In this document: piece by piece, positions 48,049-59,156 of the stretch | Layout: every line of letters starts with the position of its first letter | How positions within the stretch are numbered: position 1 is the first letter of the stretch | DNA from: Dehalococcoidia bacterium | GTDB taxonomy: Bacteria; Chloroflexota; Dehalococcoidia; SM23-28-2; HRBIN24 | Assembly: GCA_025062275.1 (NCBI GenBank) | Contig: JANXAP010000020.1 | Coordinates: 19,882-83,881 of the forward strand | DNA: 64,000 nt | Direction of reading: 5' to 3' | Translations under genes and position numbers: made by a program | Notes under the pieces: model-generated | What the model saw: only the letters and a program-made list of their open reading frames with translations | Databases searched by the model: none | What the model was told of the DNA's origin: nothing

Positions 48049-49230
48049 ATGCGCGGGACTTCGGCCATAGTGGGCATAGGCGAGTCCACCTACTACAAGG
48101 CGGGGGCCGCCACCGAGAGCGAGTTCCAGCTCACCTGCACCGCCATAAGGAGGGCGGCCGAGGACGCCGGCATCAGCGTCAAGGACATCGACGGCTTCGT
48201 CTCCTACGCCAACGACCGCAACATCCCCACCAGGCTGGCCACCGCCCTGGGCGTGCGGGAGCTGAGGTTCTCCGGCCTGGCCTGGGACGGAGGGGGCAAC
48301 GGCGTGGCAGGCGCCCTGGCGGTGGCCGACGCCGCCGTCACCGCCGGCTACGCCAACTACGTGGTCTGCTATCGCGGGCTGGCCCAGGGCCAGTTCGGGC
48401 GCTTCGGGCAGGCCCGCGAACGGGGACGCATGCGGGCGGAGGGGCACGAGGCCTTCCGCATCCCCTTCGGCGTGGTGGCCCCGGCCACATGGTACGCCAT
48501 CATCGCCCGGCGCTTCATGTACGAGCACGGCATCACCGAGAACTCCCTGGCCGAGATCGCCCTGGTCTCCTACGACAACGCCCAGCGCAACCCCCGCGCC
48601 GTCCGCTATGGCCGTCCCCTCACCAAGGAGGAGTACCTGCGCTCCCGCTGGATAGTGGAGCCCTTCCGCCTCTACGATTGCTGCCAGGAAAGCGACGGCG
48701 CGGCAGCGGTCATCGTCACCTCCGCCGACCGGGCCCGCGACCACCCCAAGAAGCCCGCCTACATATGGGCCGCCGCCCAGGGGATGGAATACCGGGGGGC
48801 AGCCGGCGGCGCCTTCGGCGCTGGCTACAACGACCCCGAGTTCCCCACCGCACACCTGAAGGTGGTGGCCCGGCAGCTATGGTCGAGAGCAGGCATCGGC
48901 CCCCAGGACGTGCAGGTGGCCCAGTTCTACGAGAACTTTACCGGCATGGTGGTGATGGCCATATGCGAGCTGGGCTTCGCCGACCCCGACGAGGTGGAGG
49001 ACTGGCTGCTGGCGGGCAACATCCGCTGGCCCAACGGCCGGCTGCCCATCAACACCAGCGGCGGCAACCTGGCCGAGGCCTATATCCACGGCTTCGAGCT
49101 GGTCAACGAGGCCGTCCGCCAGGTGCGGGGCGAGTCCACATCACAAGTAGACAACGTGTACTACAGTCTGGTGGTGGCCGGGCCGGGCGCCCTTCCGGCC
49201 AGCGCCGCCATCCTCTCGGCGGAGCGCTAG
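48049..49230 (+). CDS. thiolase-like protein (SCP-x / DUF35-partnered type)
   Basis: Thiolase fold with catalytic-region motifs; GGAAGGAGG RBS; followed by a DUF35 protein. Confidence 0.85.
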   Translation: MRGTSAIVGIGESTYYKAGAATESEFQLTCTAIRRAAEDAGISVKDIDGFVSYANDRNIPTRLATALGVRELRFSGLAWDGGGNGVAGALAVADAAVTAGYANYVVCYRGLAQGQFGRFGQARERGRMRAEGHEAFRIPFGVVAPATWYAIIARRFMYEHGITENSLAEIALVSYDNAQRNPRAVRYGRPLTKEEYLRSRWIVEPFRLYDCCQESDGAAAVIVTSADRARDHPKKPAYIWAAAQGMEYRGAAGGAFGAGYNDPEFPTAHLKVVARQLWSRAGIGPQDVQVAQFYENFTGMVVMAICELGFADPDEVEDWLLAGNIRWPNGRLPINTSGGNLAEAYIHGFELVNEAVRQVRGESTSQVDNVYYSLVVAGPGALPASAAILSAER

Positions 49231-49276
49231 ACGTGGCCGCCGGCCGAGACGACAGCCAACGGAACGGAGGGACGGG

Positions 49277-49708
49277 ATGAAGCGCTACCTGCCGGAAAGC
49301 TGGCCCCTGCCGGCCCTTACCCCCCTGAACCGCCCCTTCTTCACCAGCGGCCGCATCATGCTGCAGCGCTGCTCGGCCTGCGGCACGGTGCAGCACCCTC
49401 CCGAGGAGGTGTGCCACCGCTGCCTGGGGACCGAGTTCGACTATGTGGCCAGCCAGGGCTATGGCGTCATTTACAGCTACGCCATCCAGCATTACGCCCC
49501 GGCGCCGGTGCTGCAGGAGGTGGTCCCCTTCAACATCGTCCTGGTCCAGCTGGAGGACTTTCCGGAGGTGCGCATCGTCGGCAACGTCATCGACTGTCCG
49601 CCCGAGGAGATCGCCATCGGCCAGAGGGTGCAGGCGGTGTTCGTGCCCGTCACCGACCCGGAGCTGGACGAGACCCTCCTGATCCCGCACTGGGAGAGGG
49701 TGGACTAG
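49277..49708 (+). CDS. DUF35 OB-fold/zinc-ribbon protein (thiolase partner)
   Basis: CxxC...CxxC ribbon (CSACGTVQHPPEEVCHRC) plus OB-fold pattern. Confidence 0.8.
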   Translation: MKRYLPESWPLPALTPLNRPFFTSGRIMLQRCSACGTVQHPPEEVCHRCLGTEFDYVASQGYGVIYSYAIQHYAPAPVLQEVVPFNIVLVQLEDFPEVRIVGNVIDCPPEEIAIGQRVQAVFVPVTDPELDETLLIPHWERVD

Positions 49709-49996
49709 CGCGGTAACTCGGCGACCCGAGCCGTGCAGCCGCCGCTCAGCTCCTGCCAGCCGCTCCGGCGGTCAGGGTGCCCTGCGAGAAGGCCTGCCCG
49801 GCCATGGCAGGGCCTCGCCCGGAAATCGCCCCCCATCGGGCGAATGAGACCCCGCACCAGAAGCTCCCCACGGTTGGAAGGTCCCGCTGGATCGCCGCCG
49901 CACGGCCCCGAGGGGGGCCGCTGGCGAGGGCGTGGACAGTTATAATGTTTGCGACCGTCGACTCCTCGTCCCGAGGCGTGCTAGCGGAGGGAAGGA

Positions 49997-50923
49997 ATGG
50001 CCAGCGAGACCCCAGGTAGGGCACCAGCGCCACAGCTGCAGGAGGTCTCTCCCGGCATCTATGCCTATCTCCAGCCCGACTGGAGCTGGTTCCTCAACAA
50101 CACTGGCTTCATCGTCGGCCGAAGGGGCGTCATCGCCGTGGACGCCTGCGCCACCGCCGCCCGTACACAGGCGCTGGCGGAGGCGATAGGACGCATCAGC
50201 CGGGCGCCGGTGCGAGCCCTGGTCAACACCCACCACCACGGCGACCACACCTTCGGCAACTATCGCTTCCCCGGGGCAGCCATCATCGCCCACGAGCTGT
50301 GTCGGCGGCACGTCCTGGAGGTAGGGCTGCGGGTGACGGCCCTGGTCCAGGGGGTGGAGTGGGGCGACTTGGAGGTGGACCCGCCCTTCGTCACGTTCCA
50401 GGACAGCATCACCCTCTGGGCCGACGACCTGCGGCTGGAAGTGATCTACGTCGGGCCGGCCCACACCAGCAACGACGTCGTGGTCTGGGTGCCTGAGCGG
50501 CGAGTGCTCTTCGCCGGCGACGTAGTCTTCAAGGGCTGCACCCCGTTCGTGCTGGAAGGGTGTATCGGCCATTACTTCGAGACCCTGGACAGGCTGAGGG
50601 AGCTGGGGCCGGAGGTAGTGGTCCCCGGTCATGGCCCGGTCTGTGGCCCCGAGGCCTTCGGCGAGGTGGAGGGCTATCTGCGCTTCTTACAGGAAAGGGC
50701 CAGGGAGGCCTTGCGGGCCGGCATCACCGACCCGCTGGAGGCGGCGCGGCAGATAGACCTGGGCCCCTACGCCGAGTGGGGCGAGCGGGAGCGCATCGTC
50801 GGCAACCTCGCTCGCGCCTTCTCGGAGCTGAGGGGGGAGCCGCCCTGCCACCCCCTGGACACGCCGGCCATCGTCGCCCAGATGCAGCAATACCTGGGAC
50901 AGCCATTGAGGAGTCTGGCATGA
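49997..50923 (+). CDS. MBL-fold metallo-hydrolase
   Basis: HHHGDH motif with downstream H and D ligands. Confidence 0.85.
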   Translation: MASETPGRAPAPQLQEVSPGIYAYLQPDWSWFLNNTGFIVGRRGVIAVDACATAARTQALAEAIGRISRAPVRALVNTHHHGDHTFGNYRFPGAAIIAHELCRRHVLEVGLRVTALVQGVEWGDLEVDPPFVTFQDSITLWADDLRLEVIYVGPAHTSNDVVVWVPERRVLFAGDVVFKGCTPFVLEGCIGHYFETLDRLRELGPEVVVPGHGPVCGPEAFGEVEGYLRFLQERAREALRAGITDPLEAARQIDLGPYAEWGERERIVGNLARAFSELRGEPPCHPLDTPAIVAQMQQYLGQPLRSLA

Positions 50924-51915
50924 AGCTGGGACGCATCTCCGTCCAGGGGCCCGACGGCCCCGAGGCGCGCCTGGTGCTGGCCCTGCCGGACGAGGGGAGG
51001 GCCATCGACCTGGCTGCTGCCGAGAGGCTGCGGCTCGAACGTCGGGGGGCGGCCCCCGAGGCCGCTCGCCGCCTGGCCCGAGCGCTCTTTCCGGGCAGCA
51101 TGGCGGCGGCCATCGCCCTGGGAGACCAGTTCCTGGAGGCGGCAGAAAGGGCGGCGGATGCCGACCGGGGCGATGCCTCCCTCCCGCTGGAGGGGCTGCG
51201 CTGGCTGCCGGCCATCGACCCGCCGGTGATGCGCGACTGTCTGGCCTTCGAGGAGCACATGGTGAACTCGTCGGCGCGGCTGGGGCGCTCCGTTCCCCCG
51301 GTCTTCTACCAGCTCCCCATCTATTACAAGGGGAATCCTCACAGCCTCATCGGCCACGAATGGGAGGTGCCGTGGCCCGGCTACACTCAGGCCATGGACT
51401 ACGAGCTGGAGCTGGGCTTCGTGGTGGGCAGGAGCGGACGAGACCTGACTCCCGAGGAGGCCCGAGGCTGCCTGTTCGGCGTCACCATCTTCAACGACTT
51501 CAGCGCCCGCGACATCCAGGGGCAGGAAATGGGGGGCGGCCTGGGGCCGGCCAAGGGCAAGGACTTCGCTACCGCCGTGGGGCCGTGGATCGTGACGGTG
51601 GACGAGCTGGACGTGATGTCCCTGGAGATGGTGGCGCGGGTCAACGGCGAAGAGTGGTCGCGAGGCTCCTCGGGCACCATCATGTGGCGGCCCGAGGAGA
51701 TCCTGGCCTACATCTCCTGGGGCGAGGAGCTGCACCCCGGCGACCTCATCGGCTCCGGCACCGTAGGCCGAGGTTGCGGCCTGGAGCTGGGACGCTTTCT
51801 CAGCCCGGGCGACGTGGTGGAGCTGGAGGTCTCGGGCATCGGCGTCCTGCGCAACCGCCTGGGCCAGCCCCAGCCGGTGCGGTGGCGCCCTTCGCCCCGT
51901 CAGCCCTCGGCCTAG
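50920..51915 (+). CDS. fumarylacetoacetate hydrolase (FAH) family protein
   Basis: FAH-fold C-terminal motifs (GTIMWRPEEILAYISWGEELHPGDLIGSGT); ATG overlaps the MBL stop (ATGA). Confidence 0.85.
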   Translation: MKLGRISVQGPDGPEARLVLALPDEGRAIDLAAAERLRLERRGAAPEAARRLARALFPGSMAAAIALGDQFLEAAERAADADRGDASLPLEGLRWLPAIDPPVMRDCLAFEEHMVNSSARLGRSVPPVFYQLPIYYKGNPHSLIGHEWEVPWPGYTQAMDYELELGFVVGRSGRDLTPEEARGCLFGVTIFNDFSARDIQGQEMGGGLGPAKGKDFATAVGPWIVTVDELDVMSLEMVARVNGEEWSRGSSGTIMWRPEEILAYISWGEELHPGDLIGSGTVGRGCGLELGRFLSPGDVVELEVSGIGVLRNRLGQPQPVRWRPSPRQPSA

Positions 51916-52238
51916 CAGGCTAGCGGGCCAGCCCGTATTCGGAAACGAAGTGCTCCCAGACCAGGCGCGAGAGGCGGGCACCGAAGGAGTAGCCCGCGAA
52001 CTCGGTCGGCGCCCTCTCCGACGACCACGACTATGCGGGGCCCGGGTTACCGACTGAAAGCCTGAGAGGCCCCGGCCCACTCCGGGCAGGCAGCCCGAGG
52101 GACCAAGGGCCCACCTATCGGCAACGACGTAGGCCTTAGAGGAGTCCTTGTCAACTGCCGACCCTATGGGCCATAATGCCAGTGCACAGCCTGAGCGCTC
52201 GCTAGGAGAAAGGCGGGCCGAGGACGGGGGTACAGGAG

Positions 52239-53489
52239 ATGAAGTTCGGTCTGTTCTACGAGTTGCAGCTCCCCAAGCCCTACGACGCCGACCAGTGGTT
52301 TCCCGACCAGGAGCACCGCATCGTCAAGGAGGCCCTGGAGCAGATCGAGCTGGCCGATAAGCTGGGCTTCGACTACATCTTCATCGTGGAGCACCACTTC
52401 CTGGAGGAATACTCTCACTCCTCGGCGCCGGAGGTCTTCCTGGCCGCAGCCAGCCAGCGCACCAAGAACATGCGGCTGGGCCACGGCATCGTCCTCATGC
52501 CCCCGCCCTACAACCACCCGGCGCGGGTGGCCGAGCGCATCGCCATGCTGGACCTGGTCTCCGACGGCCGCGTCGAGTTCGGCACCGGCGAGTCCTCCTC
52601 CGAGATGGAGATGGGCGGCTTCGGCGTCCGCCGCGAAGAGAAGAAGATGATGTGGGAGGAGGCCACCCGCGAGTGCCTGCGCATGATGACCGAGGTGCCC
52701 TACCCCGGCTACGAGGGCAACTACTTCGCCATGCCCTCCCGCAACGTCATCCCCAAGCCCCTGCAGAAGCCCCACCCGCCGGTCTGGGTGGCCGCCTCCC
52801 GCCGCGAGACGACCATGGTGGCGGCGCGGCTGGGCATCGGCTCCCTGGGCTTCGGCTTCGAGACGCCGGAGGAGGCCAGGGAGCGGGTCCAGGAGTACTA
52901 TCGCCTCATCCGCGAGGAATGCTTCCCCATCGGCAAGGCCATCAACCCGGCCCTGGCCGTCCTGTCGGTGCTCTCCTGCTTCGATAGCGACGAGGAGGCC
53001 ATCGCCAAGGGGCTGGAGGGTGCCCAGTTCTTCTCCTACTCCCTGGGCTATTACTACAGCCCCTTCACCGGCGGCAGCCATCGCCCCGGCCAGGTGAACC
53101 TCTACCGCCAGTTCAAGGACACGCCGCCGGAGCAGCGCTGGGGAGGGCTGGCCGAGTGGTTCCGGGGCTTCGCCGGCTACCGCGGCGGCTTCGGCGAGGA
53201 GCCCAAGGACGAGGTGGGCCGCGCCCTATGGCGGGCCGCCCAGCGGGGCGGCTGCATCGGCACCCCCGAGTTCATTCGCGAGACCCTGTTGCGCTACGAG
53301 GAGGCCCACCTGGACGTGATGCTGTTCGTGGCCCAGTGCGGCGCTCGCAAGCACGAGGACATCATGGACTCCCTCTACCGCTTCGGGACCAAGGTGCTGC
53401 CCGAGTTCAAGGAGCGGCACGAGCAGCACCTGCGCTGGCGCCAGGAGCAGCTAGCGCCCGTTGACTACCCCATCGTCTCGTCCATATGA
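52239..53489 (+). CDS. LLM-class flavin-dependent oxidoreductase (luciferase-like)
   Basis: MKFGLFYELQ N-terminus and luciferase-like TIM-barrel motifs. Confidence 0.85.
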   Translation: MKFGLFYELQLPKPYDADQWFPDQEHRIVKEALEQIELADKLGFDYIFIVEHHFLEEYSHSSAPEVFLAAASQRTKNMRLGHGIVLMPPPYNHPARVAERIAMLDLVSDGRVEFGTGESSSEMEMGGFGVRREEKKMMWEEATRECLRMMTEVPYPGYEGNYFAMPSRNVIPKPLQKPHPPVWVAASRRETTMVAARLGIGSLGFGFETPEEARERVQEYYRLIREECFPIGKAINPALAVLSVLSCFDSDEEAIAKGLEGAQFFSYSLGYYYSPFTGGSHRPGQVNLYRQFKDTPPEQRWGGLAEWFRGFAGYRGGFGEEPKDEVGRALWRAAQRGGCIGTPEFIRETLLRYEEAHLDVMLFVAQCGARKHEDIMDSLYRFGTKVLPEFKERHEQHLRWRQEQLAPVDYPIVSSI

Positions 53490-53496
53490 TGCGGCC

Positions 53497-53823
53497 GTGG
53501 CCGGCAAGGTAGACCGCATCCAGGACCCGGAGCTGAGGGCCTCCCTGCAGGCCGCCCAGGAGTCGCTTCGTCGGGGCGACTACCAGGACACGGTGCGCCG
53601 CTCGGCCGAGGCCTTCCTGGAGATGCTGCGCCGCCGTCCCGAACTCCTGCAGGGCCAGGAGGGCATAAGACGCATCTTCATGTTCCCGCGCCTGGGGGTG
53701 GACCTGGTGGTAACGCCAGGGAACCCTCCCGCGCTCCAGTTCCAGCGTGAGCGCTTCAGCTTCTCGGAGGCAGTGACTTACCTGGAGTTCGCCACCGAGC
53801 AGCTGCTGCGGGAAGGCATGTAG
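53497..53823 (+). CDS. hypothetical protein (~108 aa)
   Basis: GTG start placed after the upstream stop; no domain recognised. Confidence 0.35.
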   Translation: MAGKVDRIQDPELRASLQAAQESLRRGDYQDTVRRSAEAFLEMLRRRPELLQGQEGIRRIFMFPRLGVDLVVTPGNPPALQFQRERFSFSEAVTYLEFATEQLLREGM

Positions 53824-53977
53824 CGGCCCATTAACCCCCGGGGCCGACGAGAACCGCGGCAGGCCTCGCGCCCTCCACCTCGCCAGCATCGCCCGGGCGC
53901 TCGTTGCAGGACGGCCGGTTGCCCCTGCGGGGCGCCTGCTCATGTGCACCCCCCATCCGTTGGAGGGCGGGCAGCCG

Positions 53978-55405
53978 TCAGATGTCGTAGTACAGGTAGA
54001 ACTCGTAGGGGTGGGGGCGCAGGCGCACCGGGTCCACTTCCCGTCGCCGCTTGTATTCCAGCCACGTCCCCAGCAGGTCGGACGTGAACACCCCGCCCCG
54101 CAACAGGAACTCGTGGTCCTCCTCCAGCTCTCGCAGCGCCTCGTCCAGGCTGCCCGGCACCGTGCGCAGGCCGGCCAGCTCCTCGGGCGAAAGCTCGTAG
54201 ACGTCGGTGTCCAGGGGGTCGCCGGGGTCCATCTCGTGGAAAATGCCGTCCAGCCCGGCCATCAGAATGGCAGCGAAGGCCAGGTAAGGGTTGCAGGAGG
54301 GGTCGGGCGTGCGGAACTCGATGCGCTTGGCCGCCGGGCTGCGGGAGTAGACGGGGATGCGCACCGCCGCCGACCGGTTGCGCTGGGAGTAGACCAGGTT
54401 CACGGGGGCCTCGAAGCCCGGCACCAGCCGCCGGTAGGAGTTGGTGGTGGGGGCGATGAGGGCGCAGAGGGCGCGGGCATGCCGAAGCAGCCCGCCGATG
54501 AAGTACATGCCCAGCAGGCTGAGCTGGGCATAGCCCTCGGGGTCGTAGAACAGGTTCTCGCCGTCCTTCCACAGGCTCACGTGCACGTGCATGCCCGAGC
54601 CGTTGTCGCCGAAGAGGGGCTTGGGCATGAAGGTGACCGTTTTGTCGTGCTCCCGGGCCACGTTGCGCAGGATGTACTTGTAGAGCATCACCTGGTCGGC
54701 CATGCGGGTCAGGGTCTGATAGCGCATGTCTATCTCACCCTGGCCGGCGGTGGCCACCTCGTGGTGGTGCACCTCGATGTCGATGCCCGCCTCCATCATC
54801 TTGAGGATGGCGATGGAGCGCAGATCCTGCAGGCTGTCGGTGGGCGGTGCAGGGAAGTAGCCCTCCTTGTAGCGGGGGCGGTGGCCCAGGTTTTTGCCCT
54901 CCCGCCCCGAGTTCCAGGCCCCTTCCTCCGAGTCCACGAAGTAGTAGCCGCAGTGCTCGTTCTGGTCGTAACGGACGCTGTCGAAGATGAAGAACTCCAC
55001 CTCGGGGCCGAAATAGGCCGTGTCGGCGACGCCCGACTCCCGCAGGTAGGCCTCGGCCTTCTGGGCCACGTAGCGGGGGTCGCGCCAGTAGCGCTCGCCC
55101 GTCACCGGGTCGCGCACGTCGCAGATGACTGACAGGGTGGGCACCCTGTAGATGGGGTCCACGAAGGCGCTGGACGGGTCGGGCACCAGCAGCATGTCCG
55201 ACTCCTGGATGTGCTGGAAGCCGCGGATGGAGGAGCCATCGAAGCCGATGCCGTCGCGGAAGACCCCCTCGTCCAGCGCCCTGGCCGGTATGGAGAAGTG
55301 CTGGAGGGTGCCGGGCAGGTCGGTGAATTTCAGGTCGACGATCTGGATGCCGCGCTCGCGGCAGAGGGCGATGACCTCGCCGGGGCTCCTGGGCCATCTC
55401 TCCAC
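53978..55405 (-). CDS. glnA: glutamine synthetase type I
   Basis: GS-I signatures ([17 protein letters not shown], adenylylation-region NPYL...) over 475 aa. Confidence 0.95.
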   Translation of the reverse strand: MERWPRSPGEVIALCRERGIQIVDLKFTDLPGTLQHFSIPARALDEGVFRDGIGFDGSSIRGFQHIQESDMLLVPDPSSAFVDPIYRVPTLSVICDVRDPVTGERYWRDPRYVAQKAEAYLRESGVADTAYFGPEVEFFIFDSVRYDQNEHCGYYFVDSEEGAWNSGREGKNLGHRPRYKEGYFPAPPTDSLQDLRSIAILKMMEAGIDIEVHHHEVATAGQGEIDMRYQTLTRMADQVMLYKYILRNVAREHDKTVTFMPKPLFGDNGSGMHVHVSLWKDGENLFYDPEGYAQLSLLGMYFIGGLLRHARALCALIAPTTNSYRRLVPGFEAPVNLVYSQRNRSAAVRIPVYSRSPAAKRIEFRTPDPSCNPYLAFAAILMAGLDGIFHEMDPGDPLDTDVYELSPEELAGLRTVPGSLDEALRELEEDHEFLLRGGVFTSDLLGTWLEYKRRREVDPVRLRPHPYEFYLYYDI

Positions 55406-55419
55406 CCCTCTTCACCTCC

Positions 55420-56826
55420 CTAGGCGTTCTGGCCTTCGCCTTCCTCACCGGTCCCCTTGAGGCCGGGGACGCGCCGCACCAGCTCCTCCAGCCTGACGCC
55501 GGTGAGGGCCTCGATGATGGGCGGCAGCTGGGCGATGACCTCGGCCACGTCGCGGGTGACGCGGCTGGCGCCGGCGGCGCCGTCGGCCCCGCCCGAGACG
55601 ATGACGATGCGCTCGGTGCGGGAGAGGGGCTGGGCCACCGCCTCGGCCAGCCGGGGCAGGATGTTGACCAGCATCTCGGTGACGGCAGCCTGGTTGTAGC
55701 GGGCCCAGGCCTCGGCCTTGCGGTCCATGGTCTCGGCCTCGGCCTGTCCCTTCTCGCGGATGACGTCGGCCTCGGCCAGGCCCACCGCCCGCACTCCCTC
55801 GGCCTCGCCCTGGGCCTCTGTCTGGCGGCGGTAGCGCTCGGCCTCCGCCAGCTCCTGGATGCGCTGGCGCTCGGCCTCGGCCGGCTTGATGACCGAGGCC
55901 ACCAGCTCCTTCTCCTTGCGCAGGATCTCTTTCTCCTCCAGTTCGGTGCGCAGCTCCTTCTCCAGGATGTCGAGCTGGACCTCCTCTCGCTTCACCAGCT
56001 GGGCGGTCTTGTAGCGCTGCAGGTCGTAGGCCAGGTCGGCTTCGGCGCGGCGCTGAGCTATGGCCGCCTCCACTTCGGCCCGCTTCAGCTCGTAGTCGCG
56101 GCGGGCGTCCTCGATCTTCATGTCGGCCTGATAGCGGAAGGTCTTGGCCTCCTCGTCGGCCCTGGCCTCGCCGATGATGGCGTCCCGCTTCACCTGGGCG
56201 GTGCGGGGGCGGCCCAGGGCCTCCAGGTAGCCGCGGGGGTCGGCGATGTTGCGCACCGTCAGGGAGACCACCTCCAGGCCCATGCGGTCCAGGTCCTGGC
56301 TGGCCAGGGCCTTCACCTGCTCGGCGAACTCTCGACGCTTGGTGTAGAGGTCCTCGATGGAGACGGTGCCCAGGACGGAGCGCATGTGCCCCTCCACCAC
56401 CTGCAGGGCGGTGCGCATCACCTCCTCCTGGGGGCGCGACAGGAAGTGCTCGGCCGCCCGAGCGATGGCCCCCTCCTCGCCCTTGACCTTGACGTGGGCC
56501 ACGGCGTCCACCGCCACCGGGACGCCGTGGACGGTGTAGACCTCCGGCGTGCGCACCTCGAAGCTCATCAGTTCCAGGGAGAGGCGCCGCGCCTGCTCGA
56601 CGATGGGCCAGACTACCGTGCCGCCGCCCCAGACGATGCGGTAGCCCAGGGTCCGCAGGCGGCCCTCGGGGTCGGTGACGGTGCGCCGTCTGCCCGCCAC
56701 GATGAGCACCTCATTGGGGCCGACCTTGGTATAGCGGGCTGCCGCCACCGGCAGCAGCACCGGCCAGAAAAGCAGCCAGGCCAGGCCCCAGAGGACATAG
56801 TAAATGGCGCTGCCGCCCTGCCTCAC
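55420..56826 (-). CDS. flotillin-like SPFH/band-7 protein
   Basis: N-terminal TM segment, SPFH domain, long Glu/Ala/Arg-rich coiled-coil flotillin tail. Confidence 0.85.
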   Translation of the reverse strand: MRQGGSAIYYVLWGLAWLLFWPVLLPVAAARYTKVGPNEVLIVAGRRRTVTDPEGRLRTLGYRIVWGGGTVVWPIVEQARRLSLELMSFEVRTPEVYTVHGVPVAVDAVAHVKVKGEEGAIARAAEHFLSRPQEEVMRTALQVVEGHMRSVLGTVSIEDLYTKRREFAEQVKALASQDLDRMGLEVVSLTVRNIADPRGYLEALGRPRTAQVKRDAIIGEARADEEAKTFRYQADMKIEDARRDYELKRAEVEAAIAQRRAEADLAYDLQRYKTAQLVKREEVQLDILEKELRTELEEKEILRKEKELVASVIKPAEAERQRIQELAEAERYRRQTEAQGEAEGVRAVGLAEADVIREKGQAEAETMDRKAEAWARYNQAAVTEMLVNILPRLAEAVAQPLSRTERIVIVSGGADGAAGASRVTRDVAEVIAQLPPIIEALTGVRLEELVRRVPGLKGTGEEGEGQNA

Positions 56827-56832
56827 GGCGCA

Positions 56833-58129
<1,297 letters not shown>

Positions 58130-58765
58130 TCACCTGGCATAGGCGCGCTCGCCGTGCTGGGCCAGGTCCACACCCAGCAGCTCCTCCCGCGGGCTCACCC
58201 TGATGCCCAGAGTCCAGTCCAAGAGCTTCAGGATGACGAAGGTCATGACGAACGAGTAACCCCAGGTGGCGCCGATCCCCGACAGCTGGGCCAGGATCTG
58301 CTCCGGCCGCCCGTCTATCGCCCCGCCGATGCCGCCCTGGAAGCCTGCCGTCTGGGTCACCAGCGAAGTGGCGAAGATGCCCGTGGCCAGGGCGCCCCAG
58401 GTGCCGCCCATGCCGTGCACCGCCCACACGTCCAGGGAGTCGTCCACGTCCAGCCAGTGCTTAACCCGCGCCGCCCCGTAGCAGATGACCCCCGCCCCGG
58501 CGCCGATGACGAGGGCCGGCAGGATGTTGATGTAGCCGTCGGCGGCGTCCCACGCCCCCACGAAGCCCGAGGCGGGGGTGATGGCCACCAGCCCCGCCAC
58601 CGCCCCTGTGGCGGCGCCGGTGACGCTGGGCACCCCCTGGTAGAGCCAGCTCATGGCCAGCCAGGCCAGGGCAGCGGCCGCCGCCGCCGTGTTGGTCACC
58701 ACGAAGGCGTTGGCCGCCGAGGCGCCGGCGGCCACGGCGCTGCCGGCGTTGAAGCCGAACTCCAC
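58130..58765 (-). pseudogene. amt: ammonium transporter Amt, 5'-truncated (C-terminal ~210 aa only)
   Basis: Strong Amt similarity from the FGFNAGSA motif to the C-terminus; the upstream in-frame sequence is not Amt-like and TM1-5 (~200 aa) are absent anywhere nearby. Confidence 0.6.
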
Positions 58766-58766
58766 T

Positions 58767-59010
58767 GAAACGGACCCGAGCGCCCCCGAAGGGAACACAG
58801 ATACCGCCTGGAAACGCACGGAAACACCTGAAGGCCCTGGAGTGGAACCTAGGGGAACCGACTGCCCCGTTATGCTTCGCCCCGTTGATGACCAATTTGA
58901 TGACCAAATGCTGAGAAAGTGAGCCGATTGAAACAGTTGGAAACACTTTCGGTATTTGAATTGTTTCACTGGAGTGCCCTGGAGTGCCCTGTAGAGGAAT
59001 CTAGTGCCCT
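58767..59010. repeat. lower-GC (~50%) region with phased GnAAC pentamers and three sets of short tandem repeats
   Basis: GAAAC/GGAAC at ~58767, 58792, 58811, 58821, 58844, 58854, 58930, 58940, 58963(rc), including three pairs spaced exactly 10 bp; ttgatgaccaa x2; ggagtgccct x2 (+1 partial). Confidence 0.6.
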
Positions 59011-59087
59011 TGAGAGGAAGTCTCAGACCGTTACGGGCTAGAAGAGGCAGCCTGACGACACGTGCACCGGATCTCTCGCGCAAGGTC

Positions 59088-59116
59088 TTGACAGCGCCCT
59101 CACTCGCTTGTATCCT
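59088..59116 (+). promoter_or_regulatory. candidate promoter TTGACA-N17-TATCCT for the tad operon
   Basis: Consensus -35 with a plausible -10 about 40 nt upstream of the cpaB RBS GGAGGTGG. Confidence 0.4.
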
Positions 59117-59156
59117 TCCTGGCGACGGTTCGGTACCTCTGGCGGAGGTGGCCGGT

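Noticed and set aside
49746-50033. 95-aa minus ORF overlapping the MBL-hydrolase start
   Set aside because: Overlaps a well-supported plus-strand gene and a promoter-like TATAAT region; no RBS or recognisable domain.
58780-58990. Glutamine riboswitch (glnA RNA motif) upstream of amt
   Set aside because: Searched both strands for the conserved glutamine-riboswitch core without finding it; the GnAAC repeat array better explains the region.
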